DNA from: a virus
Strand: one strand, 5' to 3'
IMG/VR virus record: IMGVR_UViG_3300036799_000043
Span: 47,055-111,054 of that record
DNA length: 64,000 nucleotides
This document shows, one piece after another, positions 1 to 9,700 of the stretch. The notes beneath the pieces were generated by a model, which saw nothing but the letters and a program-made list of their open reading frames with translations, had not been told where the DNA came from and did not search any database. The position numbers and the translations under genes were made by a program. Numbering within the stretch: the first letter of the stretch is position 1; every line of letters starts with the position of its first letter.

Positions 1-193
1 TCCGACACGGTTTCTACGATGATTGGTCTATCGCTGACACTGCGCTGATCGAGCGCGTGCTGAGGTGTCCGATCAAAATCGAGCAGACTATCGATGAGCT
101 TGAATTCGATGCAGTCGTGCTTGAATTGCCAGTTGTCGTAGACAACGTTCTGGTTCAGTAGAGCCACCAATACACGACAAGGAGACTTACCCA

Positions 194-862
194 GTGACTT
201 CTCGACTTCGTATCGCCCTTGCATTCGCGCTACTGCTCGCTGTGGTGTTCCCAGCGGCGTCTGCGTTCGCGTGGACGTGTCAGCCGGGCGTAAAGGACAC
301 GCCCGCTAACGAGCAGGCAGGACTCTGCGTTTTGCATCCAACACCGACCCAAATCCCGACGACTGCACCTACTCCGCAGCCGACAGTGCAAACACCTGCA
401 CCGACCCCGCCGATTGTCGTCGTACCCACGTCAGCGCCGCCCGTGAGCGCACCGCCGCAGACCAATACGAGCAGCGCGCCGAGCTTTGAGAACATCTGCG
501 TCACGAGTGTGAGCGACAACGTGCAGCACACGGACATCGTGCGCACGAGCGACGCCAATGCGTATCTCGCGCAGCACGCTAACGCATATCACATGCCAGA
601 CATCGGCAACTGCGGACCGACAGACGTGTACTTGCAGACTGCAAAGCCGACTGTGGCGATCACGCCCGTCCCCGTCACAGCGACGCCAGTAGCAACTGTC
701 GAGTCGACGCCCGCGCCAACTGTGACGCCAGAAGCGACGCCGACTGCTACTGCTACGCCAGTTATGACGACGCCGACTGCGACGCCAGAAGTCGTCGAGA
801 CACCAGTACCCGCTGTGCCTGACACGGGCGACGGAACTGCCGCCGATGAGATCGCTCCTTAG
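194..862 (+). CDS. Secreted Pro/Thr-rich protein with C-terminal VPDTG sorting-like motif (putative sortase F substrate)
   Basis: Signal peptide ending ASAFA, PT-rich linkers, C-terminal PAVPDTGDG; SD AAGGAG upstream; overlaps sortase gene. Confidence 0.75.
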   Translation: MTSRLRIALAFALLLAVVFPAASAFAWTCQPGVKDTPANEQAGLCVLHPTPTQIPTTAPTPQPTVQTPAPTPPIVVVPTSAPPVSAPPQTNTSSAPSFENICVTSVSDNVQHTDIVRTSDANAYLAQHANAYHMPDIGNCGPTDVYLQTAKPTVAITPVPVTATPVATVESTPAPTVTPEATPTATATPVMTTPTATPEVVETPVPAVPDTGDGTAADEIAP

Positions 863-1313
863 CATCACCGCAGCGCTGCTTGTCGCGGTGCTCAGCGTGT
901 CGAGCGCCTACGCTGACGATCTGACTGTCTCGATCCCAGACATCAGCGTCAGCGCAGCGACAGAGCGACTGGGTGTCGTCGATGACGTGCTCAGCGCTCC
1001 AGACGATCCCGACTCGCTCGGCGTATTCGAGTTTGGCGAGCAGACGATCATTGCCGGTCACCGAGACTGGCAGTATCGTCTGCGCGCTTTCTCTCGCCTG
1101 GATCAGCTACAGCAAGGCGCAGAGGTCGACTTGAGTGACGGTCGCAGCTACAGCGTCGACTCGACTGCGGTGCTCGACGTAGACGACGCAGACGCGTGGT
1201 CGAGCTATCTGACTGGTGACGACTCGCTCGTACTCGTAACGTGTACAGGCCCGTTCTCCTTGAGTCGACACGAGTACTTGCAGCGCTTCGTCGTGCTCGC
1301 GTTGCCAAATTAG
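846..1313 (+). CDS. Class F sortase
   Basis: N-terminal anchor; IIAGHRD (His), AFSRLDQL, LVLVTCTG (Cys), YLQRFVVLA (Arg) catalytic motifs. Confidence 0.88.
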   Translation: MRSLLSITAALLVAVLSVSSAYADDLTVSIPDISVSAATERLGVVDDVLSAPDDPDSLGVFEFGEQTIIAGHRDWQYRLRAFSRLDQLQQGAEVDLSDGRSYSVDSTAVLDVDDADAWSSYLTGDDSLVLVTCTGPFSLSRHEYLQRFVVLALPN

Positions 1314-1316
1314 TAC

Positions 1317-1345
1317 TTGCGCTGCGATATGCAGTGCTGTATAGT
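1317..1345 (+). promoter_or_regulatory. Repeated phage promoter/operator copy P1
   Basis: TTGCGC-17-TATAGT, spacer ends GCAGTGCTG; ATG 7 nt downstream. Confidence 0.85.
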
Positions 1346-1352
1346 GAGAGCA

Positions 1353-1577
1353 ATGAACACGACGACAGAGATCAAGCGCACGACACTCACCGCTACAGCC
1401 GCAGCCAAGCTGCACTGCTCGCAGACCCACCGCTGCACCGACAGCGTTGTGGTCGTGCTGAGCTACCAGTTCGCAGACGGCGCTCGGCTCAACCACTACC
1501 CACTGTGCGAGTCGCATCAGGGCGACTATTCGCGCGACAGCCAAACGCTGCGCGCAATCAAGGAGATCGTGCGATGA
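1353..1577 (+). CDS. Hypothetical Cys/His microprotein, leaderless (MNTTTE...)
   Basis: ATG 7 nt after -10 of P1; stop overlaps next gene. Confidence 0.7.
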   Translation: MNTTTEIKRTTLTATAAAKLHCSQTHRCTDSVVVVLSYQFADGARLNHYPLCESHQGDYSRDSQTLRAIKEIVR

Positions 1578-2071
1578 GCAGCGTTCTGCCAGCGATGCCG
1601 AAGAACGCGATCCAGCGCAGCAAGCTCGAACTCGACGCAGAGAAAGCAGCGCGCAAGTCGCTTGAGGACAGCATCACCAATCTGCGTTCGCTGATGCACA
1701 GCGACAAGTTCCGCGAGAACCCGTACGTCAACATCGTCGACATCCTGACGTGGGCAGAGCAAGCGATGAGTGCTGCGAGCGACGCCGAGTCTGCTTCGTA
1801 CGCAGTCGGCCGTATGCGCCAAGCTGTGTACAGCAACATCACTACAGCGCTCGACACGAACGGCGCCAACGCTCTGTACAAAGTCGACGCGTTCGCTCTC
1901 GAAGGACCTGAGACGCGCACTGTGTACGTGCTCAAGTCAGATGTCGAATTCGCGCTTGAAGTGCTGCGCGCTGATGGCATCTACTATCGCGCCGAACTGA
2001 GCGAATGGGAAGATGCACGACCGTGGGAGCGCGAAGGTCGCTGGCTCTACGCACAGTCGGTGACGCTGTGA
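1574..2071 (+). CDS. Hypothetical protein
   Basis: SD AAGGAG, ATGA overlap with upstream gene. Confidence 0.7.
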   Translation: MSSVLPAMPKNAIQRSKLELDAEKAARKSLEDSITNLRSLMHSDKFRENPYVNIVDILTWAEQAMSAASDAESASYAVGRMRQAVYSNITTALDTNGANALYKVDAFALEGPETRTVYVLKSDVEFALEVLRADGIYYRAELSEWEDARPWEREGRWLYAQSVTL

Positions 2072-2734
2072 AGCACGAACAGACCGAATACACGCTCGGG
2101 CCTGCGCCAACCTTTTACCATCACGCGCACTGCTCGTGCGGCTGGAGAAGTAAGGGCAGAGGTCACGTTGAGACTGTGCGGCGAGACTGGGAGCAGCACG
2201 AGCGAGAATCCAACTTGCCGAAGCTCGTCGAAGGCGAGTGCTCGTGGTGCTGTGAGCGGTCTGCGCGTTGCGTCGAATTCTTCTCCGGACTGTCGTACGC
2301 GCGACTGTGCCCAGACTGCATCAAGCGCATGCACAAGCGTAACAACCAGCTTGCGACAGCAGATCGTCACGTGCGCTATGCGGAGAGGGCTGGACATGCC
2401 AGATAGGGTGCAGTCAATGGAAGGCATGATGCTCGAAGCTGAGCAGCACGCGGCGCGCAACGAAGCCGACAAACAGGCCCTTGAGCGCATTGTCGAGAAC
2501 CGACGACAAGCGTTGCAGATCGCAGAGACGAAGTGGACGGAAGTGCGCGATGGTCTTGTGTTGCAGCTACAGTGCTGCACAGGACCTCGTGACAACTTCG
2601 CGCTGCCGAGTGTCGTTGCGCACAGCGCAGACAAGCTCAATCAGTGGTTGACAGCCTACGATCAAGCGAGTGAGGAATACTACGCCGCACGACGGGCGCT
2701 GCGCTGCTTGAGAGGGGAGCCAGAAGATAGCTAA
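2068..2734 (+). other. Two overlapping hypothetical CDS (2068-2406 Cys-rich; 2396-2734 coiled-coil)
   Basis: Translationally coupled ORFs. Confidence 0.55.
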
Positions 2735-2749
2735 CGTTAGACTGTCAAC

Positions 2750-3247
2750 GTGAGCGAACCAGCAGCGAGCGACGTTGTAGAGGCGTTTTGCGACGCGCTC
2801 GCTATTGCGGTCAGATACGCCACAAGAGCGCAGCGAATATATCTGCGCATCAATGGGAAGCGAGGAACCGGAACAGTGGTAGATATTCCTGATGATCGCG
2901 CATTCGGCCTTGTCGTCGACTTTGAAGACAAATTTGGCGAACAGGCGCGCGAGCCGGGCGCAGTCACTTTCAGCAGCGACCAGACTGATCTCGTCACGAT
3001 CACGCCGAACACGATGCTTGACGCCGACGGCAATGTCGTGCCCGCAACTGACGACATGCACGCGACTGCTATGGCGAACGCCGGCAGCGGCAGCTTCAAT
3101 CTGTTCGCGAGCAGCGGCACGCTGAATCTCGAAACGCCCGAGGCGTGCAACATCGTCGCTGGTTCTGCGGTGACCGGCCACGTGGTCGTCGAATTGACGC
3201 AACCCGCTGCGTCGTCGGCACATCACCGCACTCACAAGGACAAGTAG
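2750..3247 (+). CDS. Hypothetical beta-rich (possibly Ig-like) protein
   Basis: ORF followed by hairpin AGGCGTCGCAG-TTTAT-CTGCGGCGCCT. Confidence 0.6.
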   Translation: MSEPAASDVVEAFCDALAIAVRYATRAQRIYLRINGKRGTGTVVDIPDDRAFGLVVDFEDKFGEQAREPGAVTFSSDQTDLVTITPNTMLDADGNVVPATDDMHATAMANAGSGSFNLFASSGTLNLETPEACNIVAGSAVTGHVVVELTQPAASSAHHRTHKDK

Positions 3248-3313
3248 CTCACAGGCGTCGCAGTTTATCTGCGGCGCCTTCTCTGACACACACGACGAAT
3301 GGTGGGGCCACCG

Positions 3314-3790
3314 ATGAGTGACTTATTGATCGAGCGCGCGACACACGACGATTACTGGCTTATTCAGCAGATTGTAGAGTCTGCAAATTTGCCATCAGAC
3401 AATGTGCATTCGACACCGTTTCTGATTGCGCGCAAAGATCAAATACCAGTAGGCGTGATTGGCTACAGTATCGAGAGAGAGGGCTGGGTGCATGTGCGCT
3501 CACTCAGCGTACGTAAGTCGTTTCGGCGTCAAGGTATTGGCGAAGCACTGATACAAGCGCTCGTGGACTATCTCAAGACGCGCGATGACGCAACGGTGTT
3601 GATCGTTATGTGCATGTACTGGAACATTCGTTTCTACAAGAATCGAGGTTTTCAGCGCATCTCGTCGCAGGCGAAGCAACACGATCCAGTCGCAGCGCTT
3701 GAGGAACATTCGCACTGCACGTGCTTCGCTCTGCGACTACAGCAGCCTATTGAGGACGTGCTCGCGCCGCAGATGCTAAATGCCAAGTAG
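3314..3790 (+). CDS. GNAT family N-acetyltransferase
   Basis: SLSVRKSFRRQGIGEALI motif A and RFYKNRGF motif. Confidence 0.88.
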   Translation: MSDLLIERATHDDYWLIQQIVESANLPSDNVHSTPFLIARKDQIPVGVIGYSIEREGWVHVRSLSVRKSFRRQGIGEALIQALVDYLKTRDDATVLIVMCMYWNIRFYKNRGFQRISSQAKQHDPVAALEEHSHCTCFALRLQQPIEDVLAPQMLNAK

Positions 3791-4367
3791 GCCACCGCTA
3801 CCCGACAGTGACGCTGCGTACGTTTGCCGTAACCATCACACGGACGAGCTTGTCAGCGGCGCATTGTTCTCTCAAAACAACGAGCATCGATACGCGCTCT
3901 GGCGCATGTGGGGAGACGGTGCGTACGTGCTGTTTTGCGGATTGAACCCGTCGACTGCTGACGATCTCAAGAACGATCCGACGTGTACGCGTGAAGTGAA
4001 CTGGGCGCGAGCATGGGGCTTCGATGGCTTCGTCAAAGTGAACTGGGGCAGCTATCGCTCGACGAGTCCGCTCGTGCTCAAGGGTCTTGGGCCTGACACT
4101 GCGACTGGTGGGTTATTCAACGATATCGCGTTGATCCACTACGCTCGTCAGGCCGCGCTCGTCGTGGTGTGTTGGGGCGTACACGGTGCGCTCTGGCAGC
4201 ACGGTAGGAAGGTCGTCAGAGCATTGCAGACGTGGGACGTGCAGCCATACGCGTTTCACTTCTATCGCGCTGGTAAGCGTTACGCAGAGGTGGCAAACGG
4301 TGAGCCTCGTCACACGCTGTACCTGCCAAATTCTGCTCGACTGCACGCGTATCAAACGCGCCTCTAA
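3780..4367 (+). CDS. DUF1643 domain protein
   Basis: HRYALWRMW, GLNPSTAD..NDPT, VVVCWG, NGEPRH.LY motifs. Confidence 0.88.
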   Translation: MPSRPPLPDSDAAYVCRNHHTDELVSGALFSQNNEHRYALWRMWGDGAYVLFCGLNPSTADDLKNDPTCTREVNWARAWGFDGFVKVNWGSYRSTSPLVLKGLGPDTATGGLFNDIALIHYARQAALVVVCWGVHGALWQHGRKVVRALQTWDVQPYAFHFYRAGKRYAEVANGEPRHTLYLPNSARLHAYQTRL

Positions 4368-4395
4368 CGCCACGCTGATGCTGCTCTGATACGAG

Positions 4396-5064
4396 ATGTC
4401 GCATTCTGATGTACGTAAACAGACCGGGGTAGCTCAGTTGGTAGAGCACGGAGCGGGTACAAGTCGACACGATGAGCGCGCAGAGCACGTAGCTAGTGCC
4501 GAGCAGACTCAAAGCGAGAATTCGCGGCCCTTGCCGAAGCCAGACACGTTTGCAAGCGTGCGCGGAACAGGGAAAGAAACCTCCGAGGTCGTGGGTTCAA
4601 GTCCTGCCCCCGGTGCTAGATCGAGAGCAGGCGTACAGCTTCGCTGGCGTCAAGCTCTTGGCAGAGCAGAGTGCCCGTACGCGTACCGCTGGGTGCTGCC
4701 ACTCGGTCGCTTCGGCTCGATCAGGCTGCATCAGTGGTTGCGATCAGACGACGAGCGCGCAGCGCACGATCACCCGAGCGACTTTCTGACGCTCGTGCTG
4801 TTCGGCGGCTACGTCGACGCGCTTGAGCATGCAGACGGCTCGCAGAGTTACGACAGACTAGCTGTCGCAGCGGTGCGCTACAGACGCGCTGAGCACCGTC
4901 ACAGAGTCGTCCTGACGCATTCCCCAACGTGGACACTGCTGTACTTTGCGCCCGCGCGTCGTGACTGGGGTTTCTACAAGCGTCGAGCGATCGGTGGCTT
5001 TCGCTTTCTTCGGCAACACAAGTGGTTCGCGAGCTTCGGTCACCATCCGTGCGACCAGCAGTGA
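4396..5064 (+). CDS. Phage cupin-like protein (start uncertain; ORF reads through the tRNA-like element)
   Basis: RLHQWLRSDDERAAHDHP.DF.TLVLFGGY, HRHRV, WTLL...RRDWGF motifs in C-terminal 150 aa. Confidence 0.7.
   Translation: MSHSDVRKQTGVAQLVEHGAGTSRHDERAEHVASAEQTQSENSRPLPKPDTFASVRGTGKETSEVVGSSPAPGARSRAGVQLRWRQALGRAECPYAYRWVLPLGRFGSIRLHQWLRSDDERAAHDHPSDFLTLVLFGGYVDALEHADGSQSYDRLAVAAVRYRRAEHRHRVVLTHSPTWTLLYFAPARRDWGFYKRRAIGGFRFLRQHKWFASFGHHPCDQQ
4423..4615 (+). tRNA. tRNA-like RNA with 127-nt insert in place of the anticodon loop (Trp-like acceptor A1:U72/G73; anticodon undeterminable)
   Basis: Acceptor ACCGGGG/CCCCGGT; D arm GCTC-AGTTGGTA-GAGC; anticodon stem CGGAG(4449-53)/CTCCG(4581-85); T arm GTGGG-TTCAAGT-CCTGC. 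Confidence 0.75.
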
Positions 5065-5085
5065 CGCGTCCGTAATGTTTAGCTC

Positions 5086-5114
5086 TTGTCTAAGCAGCCG
5101 TGATTACACATACT
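5086..5114 (+). promoter_or_regulatory. Sigma70-type promoter without operator palindrome
   Basis: TTGTCT-17-CATACT upstream of leader with ACACGAC-TAAGGAG. Confidence 0.6.
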
Positions 5115-5163
5115 GCGCTCGCTGACAGCGAAGACTGTCAAGCACACGACTAAGGAGCGAACG

Positions 5164-5628
5164 ATGTTTCGCACAATCTCTCGCACTGTCACTGTTCTCG
5201 CCGCCGCTGCAGTTCTCGCCGCCTTCGCTGTTGCACCCGCGTCAGCGTATATGCCAACGCAGAGCGACTATCTGCATCTCGACAACTTCAACCTGAAAGC
5301 TCAAGACGTTGGCGGCAATAACTGGCTGACGCTGGGTGATCTCAAGACGACTCGCTATGCCGTAGTGCGAGCCACGAACGTCAAAGGCGCTGCCGGCGTG
5401 ACTATGACGCTCTGGGTGAGCGGTCGCGAGGACAAGCTTTACGTGCAGAACAACCAGACCGTGCTCGTCGACTTCGGCAAGTACATCAACACTGACACGT
5501 TCACCGAGATGCAGATGCAGTTCCCGCGCGGCACTCAGGTGACCAACGTCACGCTCGACGTGTACGCAGTGTCGAGTGGCTTCTTCTCTGCTATCGCTGC
5601 GCCGACGCCAGCGCCGTACGTTCCCTAG
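5164..5628 (+). CDS. Secreted hypothetical protein
   Basis: Signal peptide ending APASA; strong SD; terminator follows. Confidence 0.8.
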   Translation: MFRTISRTVTVLAAAAVLAAFAVAPASAYMPTQSDYLHLDNFNLKAQDVGGNNWLTLGDLKTTRYAVVRATNVKGAAGVTMTLWVSGREDKLYVQNNQTVLVDFGKYINTDTFTEMQMQFPRGTQVTNVTLDVYAVSSGFFSAIAAPTPAPYVP

Positions 5629-5647
5629 CTTTCAGCGCTCGCGTCAC

Positions 5648-5683
5648 AAAACGCCACGAGTCTTCGGATTCGTGGCGTTTTCT
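5648..5683 (+). terminator. Intrinsic terminator fused to promoter P2
   Basis: AAAACGCCACGA...TCGTGGCGTTTT. Confidence 0.8.
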
Positions 5684-5684
5684 A

Positions 5685-5714
5685 TTGCGCTCGCAGTATG
5701 CAGCACTGTATATT
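5685..5714 (+). promoter_or_regulatory. Promoter/operator copy P2
   Basis: TTGCGC-18-TATATT; AGTATGCAGCACTGTATATT. Confidence 0.85.
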
Positions 5715-5723
5715 GAAAGAGTC

Positions 5724-6566
5724 ATGAACACGACGACGCGAACAGATGTCCACTCACCGAAGAACCTCATCACTGAGGACTACGAACTCGTCAACTGCTT
5801 CGACAACCAGACTGCCTGGGCAATCACTGAGTACGGCTTGACGATCTCGCGCAAGCTGCACGCTGATGACGAGCTTGGTCGCGGTGCGAACCAGTGCCAC
5901 CACTGCGGCGCTCACATTCGCTACTTTGCAGTGCTTGAGCACACGCCGACCGGCAAGTACATCGTTGCTGGCGAGACCTGCGTCGACAATCGATTCTCGC
6001 GAGCGACCGCTGACTTCCAGCGCCTCCGCAAGCAAGCTGAGCTAGATCGCGCGCAGCAGCGCATCAAGCGAGCGCTCGAACAGTTCGCCGCTGACAACAG
6101 CGATGTTGCGTTTCTCGCGACTGGCGAGCTTCCGGAGAGCATCTCGTGGAACAACTTCGTGAGTGACATCTCGCGCAAGCTGCGCATGTACGGCGAGATC
6201 AGCACTCGTCAACTGACCGCCGTTCGCGACGCCATCCAGCGCGCCGAGCAGCAGAACGCAGAGCGCGCCGCTCGCAAAGCAGCCGAAGCGACGCAGATCA
6301 CGAGCGATGTCGTTGAGGGCCGCATCGAGATCAGCGGCGAAGTGCTCTCGACCAAGTGGATCGAAAGCCAGTTCGGTAGCTCACTCAAGATGCTCGTACG
6401 CGACGCTCGTGGCTTCAAAGTCTTCGGCAGTGTCCCGAGCAGCATCAGCGCGAATCGTGGCGACCGCGTTCGCTTCGTCGCGACAGTCGAGCGCTCGCGC
6501 GACGACTCGCAGTTTGGATTCTTCTCTCGCCCGAGCAAAGCAGCGGTCATTACGACCGCTGCGTAG
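5724..6566 (+). CDS. Hypothetical protein, N-terminal Zn-binding motif and C-terminal OB-fold-like region; leaderless MNTTT start
   Basis: CHHCG...GETC; GEVLSTKW..SQFGSSLKMLV..GDRVRFVATV. Confidence 0.75.
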   Translation: MNTTTRTDVHSPKNLITEDYELVNCFDNQTAWAITEYGLTISRKLHADDELGRGANQCHHCGAHIRYFAVLEHTPTGKYIVAGETCVDNRFSRATADFQRLRKQAELDRAQQRIKRALEQFAADNSDVAFLATGELPESISWNNFVSDISRKLRMYGEISTRQLTAVRDAIQRAEQQNAERAARKAAEATQITSDVVEGRIEISGEVLSTKWIESQFGSSLKMLVRDARGFKVFGSVPSSISANRGDRVRFVATVERSRDDSQFGFFSRPSKAAVITTAA

Positions 6567-6567
6567 C

Positions 6568-6596
6568 TTGCACGTGAGTTAGCAGTAGAGTAGACT
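6568..6596 (+). promoter_or_regulatory. Sigma70-type promoter
   Basis: TTGCAC-17-TAGACT, followed by ACACACGACAAGGAG leader. Confidence 0.65.
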
Positions 6597-6625
6597 GAGA
6601 CTACACACGACAAGGAGACAGTCAG

Positions 6626-6772
6626 ATGCCTAAACTCGAACGCGCCGCTCGCCGCGACGCACGCGAAAAAGCCGAACCACGCCGCAACGTGCACCAGAAG
6701 TCGGCTCGGCGCCGACAACTGCGCCGCTCAAGCGTCATGCGACTTACGGCCGCTTACGGCCGAGCCGCATGA
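6626..6772 (+). CDS. 48-aa Arg-rich basic peptide (not in ORF track)
   Basis: SD AAGGAG; MPKLERAARRDAREK...GRAA*; TGA overlaps next ATG. Confidence 0.65.
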   Translation: MPKLERAARRDAREKAEPRRNVHQKSARRRQLRRSSVMRLTAAYGRAA

Positions 6773-9191
6773 CGAGCATCGATAAGCTCCCGAATGCACT
6801 CGTCGAAGCAGCGCGCCAGACTCTCGGCGTCGACGCTGGCGACACAAGCCGCGACGCACTGATTGAGAGTATGAACGCGCGCACGCTCGTCAGCAAGTAC
6901 ACACAGTGGCATCTTGGCGATAGATCATGGGGCACGGCCATCTACGACTACATCAAGGAGATCGAGCCGTGACACTCAACTATCAGCCAATCCCGAGTGT
7001 CAGTGGCAATGGCTACACCGCGCTCACACTGCGCGAACCAGGCGAATGGTTCGACCAGCCGACGTGGTTCGTGTTCGTGGGAGGTTGCGGTGTTGCGCAG
7101 ACCACGACACAAGCTGACGCCGAGCGCGAGCTACTCGCGCGCGCTGTTAGCTACTGTGACCGACACATCGCGTACGCCAAGACGCAGATTGAGCACTACG
7201 AGCGTCAGAAACGGGTGCTGCAATCGAATGGACTGATAAGGCAGGTTGACTGAGTGGCTTCCGGCAATATCGACGATCCAGAATTCACGTTCAACGATCT
7301 AGTCGACTGGGCGGCGAGCTACTTGCTGATCGAACTGATAGCTGGTCGCTTCCGTCAGGGTGTTTGGATGGTGTGTTCACAGTCCGTACGTTGGCGAGCG
7401 ATGCGCAGTGATGAGGCTGTTGGCGCAAATATGTCGTGGACGAAGAAAGTCAAATGACCGACGACGAGCGCATGTCACTCGACGAGCTACAGCGCCTCAT
7501 GCAAGCGCATCAGGCTGAGTGGGTAATCATCCCCGAACAGAAGCTAGACGAGCTTGGCATTGTCGACTACACGAGTCTCAACACGACCATAAGCTCGTCG
7601 CGCGAACTGCTGTGTCGTGAGTGCTTTATCGCGACACGATCCATCGTGGTTGCGGCGTGGCCGTGTACGACGCACAAGCTGCTCGCGCGTAACCAGGAGA
7701 TGACCGAATTGGTACAGCGCTTGTGGGGAGCGGTGCATCACTTGGATCGTGAGAATCCCTTTATACGCCAGGCATACGAGCACCTCGGGCTACACGTCGA
7801 GCGCTGAAAATGGAGCATCAATGTCGATAACGCTTGTGTTTCCAGACTGGCCAGCGTGGGTCTACGTAGTCGTTGTTGCCCTGTTGGTACTCATTGGCTC
7901 GATAGGTGAGCAGATCGGGCGTGATCTGTACGACTTTTTCGCTCGACGCGTACGACGATGACTGACAAGCTGCTACATGGCCTACGACCACTGACGCTGC
8001 AGTACGCCGGCATGATCGCGCTCGCGCTGCTCGAAAGCGACGAGTTTCGCTGCACCGCTGAGAAGTGGATGGACGACGACGCAGATCAGCACGAAGACTG
8101 GTACGACGACAAGGATCGCTGTACACACGTGCTGACCGTCGAGATCGAACACGAGTATGGCGAGTACGGGTCGCTGCTGTCTAGCGCGCTCGTCGTGCGC
8201 GGTGTGTGTGCAGCGTGGCACAGATACGAGTGGGGCGAAGGTGGCGTATACGAGGAGATCGCGCATCGCTACAGCGAGCGTCAGCAGCTACTCCGTCGTG
8301 TGCGCGAAGTGATGCGCCTGGGTGATCTACCAATCAAGCACAAGATGTGGGATGTGATGCCATTCTGATGCCAACAGCTATTACAACAGACGCTAGCTGC
8401 GAGACATGCGGTAAGCGTGTCGAATTCTGGTACACGTCAAGCGGTCCCGTCGATGTCGGCGCGTGCACAAACTGCGGTGCGTCGGCGGTCTTTGCGCATG
8501 TGGTGTCTTCGACGATTGCTAATTACGGCGACACGGGCATGTCGCTCGAACAGCTTGGCAAGCTACCTGCACACGAAGCCGACTCTCTGCTCATGCGCAA
8601 GCTGTATGAAGTCAAGCAGCAGATCAACGCTCTGACCGCCGCCGCTAATCAACTCGATTCAATGCTGTACGAGCGCGTCAGGTCGCGCGGTCCCAAAGCA
8701 GATCGTACGAGCGACGGCGTGTACGAATACCGAGTACACGAGACAGTCGGCAAGTGGTCTTTCAATCTCGAAACACTTGCCGAGTTACAGCAGCACATCA
8801 CACCAGACGAATTCGACAATGCCGTTGTGTTCGTGCCAGAGCAAGTGATTGCAGCGACGCGCAAGCCGAATAAGACGAAGCTCAACGAACTCGCGAAGCG
8901 CGGTGGCGACATCGAGCGCATCGTAGACGCGGGTTGCTCGCCAGAATCGACGAGCATCAAGACAGAAGTGACACGGAAGAAGAAGTGACACGTCTGTCGC
9001 AGGCGGCGCGTGTGCGGTGTCAGTCATGCGATTGGCGTGGCTATCGTACGTACTTCACAGAGTGTGAGCACGACACCGCCTGCTCATGCGCGCACCTCAG
9101 CGTTGTCGCAAACCCGTGTCCGCGCTGTGGCAGCAGACTGCTCGGTGAGTATCCAAGGTATGCACGTGAGGAGGTCACACGACGAAAATGA
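6769..9191 (+). other. Run of coupled small hypothetical CDS (6769-6972, 6969-7253, 7254-7457, 7454-7807, 7821-7961, 7958-8368, 8368-8988, 8985-9191)
   Basis: Stop/start overlaps typical of phage early operons. Confidence 0.6.
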
Positions 9192-9700
9192 GCGACAGCC
9201 AGGAGCACTATCTGGTGGTGCGTAACGCGCTCGACGAGCAGAACCCAGACAAGTACACCCACCTACTGCGCAGTGGCATTGGTTCTGCTGCACAGTGGAG
9301 TATCACAACTGCACTGCAGGAGCTTGGCGTCAAACACCGCTATAGCGTCAGCGTGCAAGACATTGCAATTTGGACGACGCCAGATGACGCCGAACGCGCC
9401 GAGTGGATCGCGCACCGCGTCGAGGAGCGCTCCAAGACGTGGGAATTCGTGCAGCGCTTCGCTACAGTTATGGAGCACAAGTTCTCACTGAATCGCCACA
9501 AGGGTGATCGTGATGGCTGGCTTGTAATGTCGCCAAACGAGATCATGCTCAAGCTACGCGCTGAGATGTGTGAGCTTGAAGCCGCATATCACGAGTGGTA
9601 TCTAAACTCAACAGTTGAGGCAGCGCGTGCTGTGCTGCTGGAAGCTGCAGACGTTGGTAACTTCTGTGTCGAGCTAACCGACAAGATTGGTGCCCTCTGA
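9188..9700 (+). CDS. MazG-like / all-alpha dNTP pyrophosphohydrolase domain protein
   Basis: KLRAEMCEL...VLLEAADVGNF motif; SD GAGGAGG. Confidence 0.65.
   Translation: MSDSQEHYLVVRNALDEQNPDKYTHLLRSGIGSAAQWSITTALQELGVKHRYSVSVQDIAIWTTPDDAERAEWIAHRVEERSKTWEFVQRFATVMEHKFSLNRHKGDRDGWLVMSPNEIMLKLRAEMCELEAAYHEWYLNSTVEAARAVLLEAADVGNFCVELTDKIGAL

Noticed and set aside
4423-4615. tmRNA or group I intron-containing tRNA
   Set aside because: No G3:U70, a full D stem is present, the insert is too short and no group I core is recognisable; kept as an unexplained tRNA-like element.
5700-5715. CTGTATAT as an E. coli-type LexA SOS box
   Set aside because: Half-sites are arranged CAG-NN-CTG, not CTGT-N8-ACAG, and no GAAC-N4-GTTC Gram-positive box is seen.
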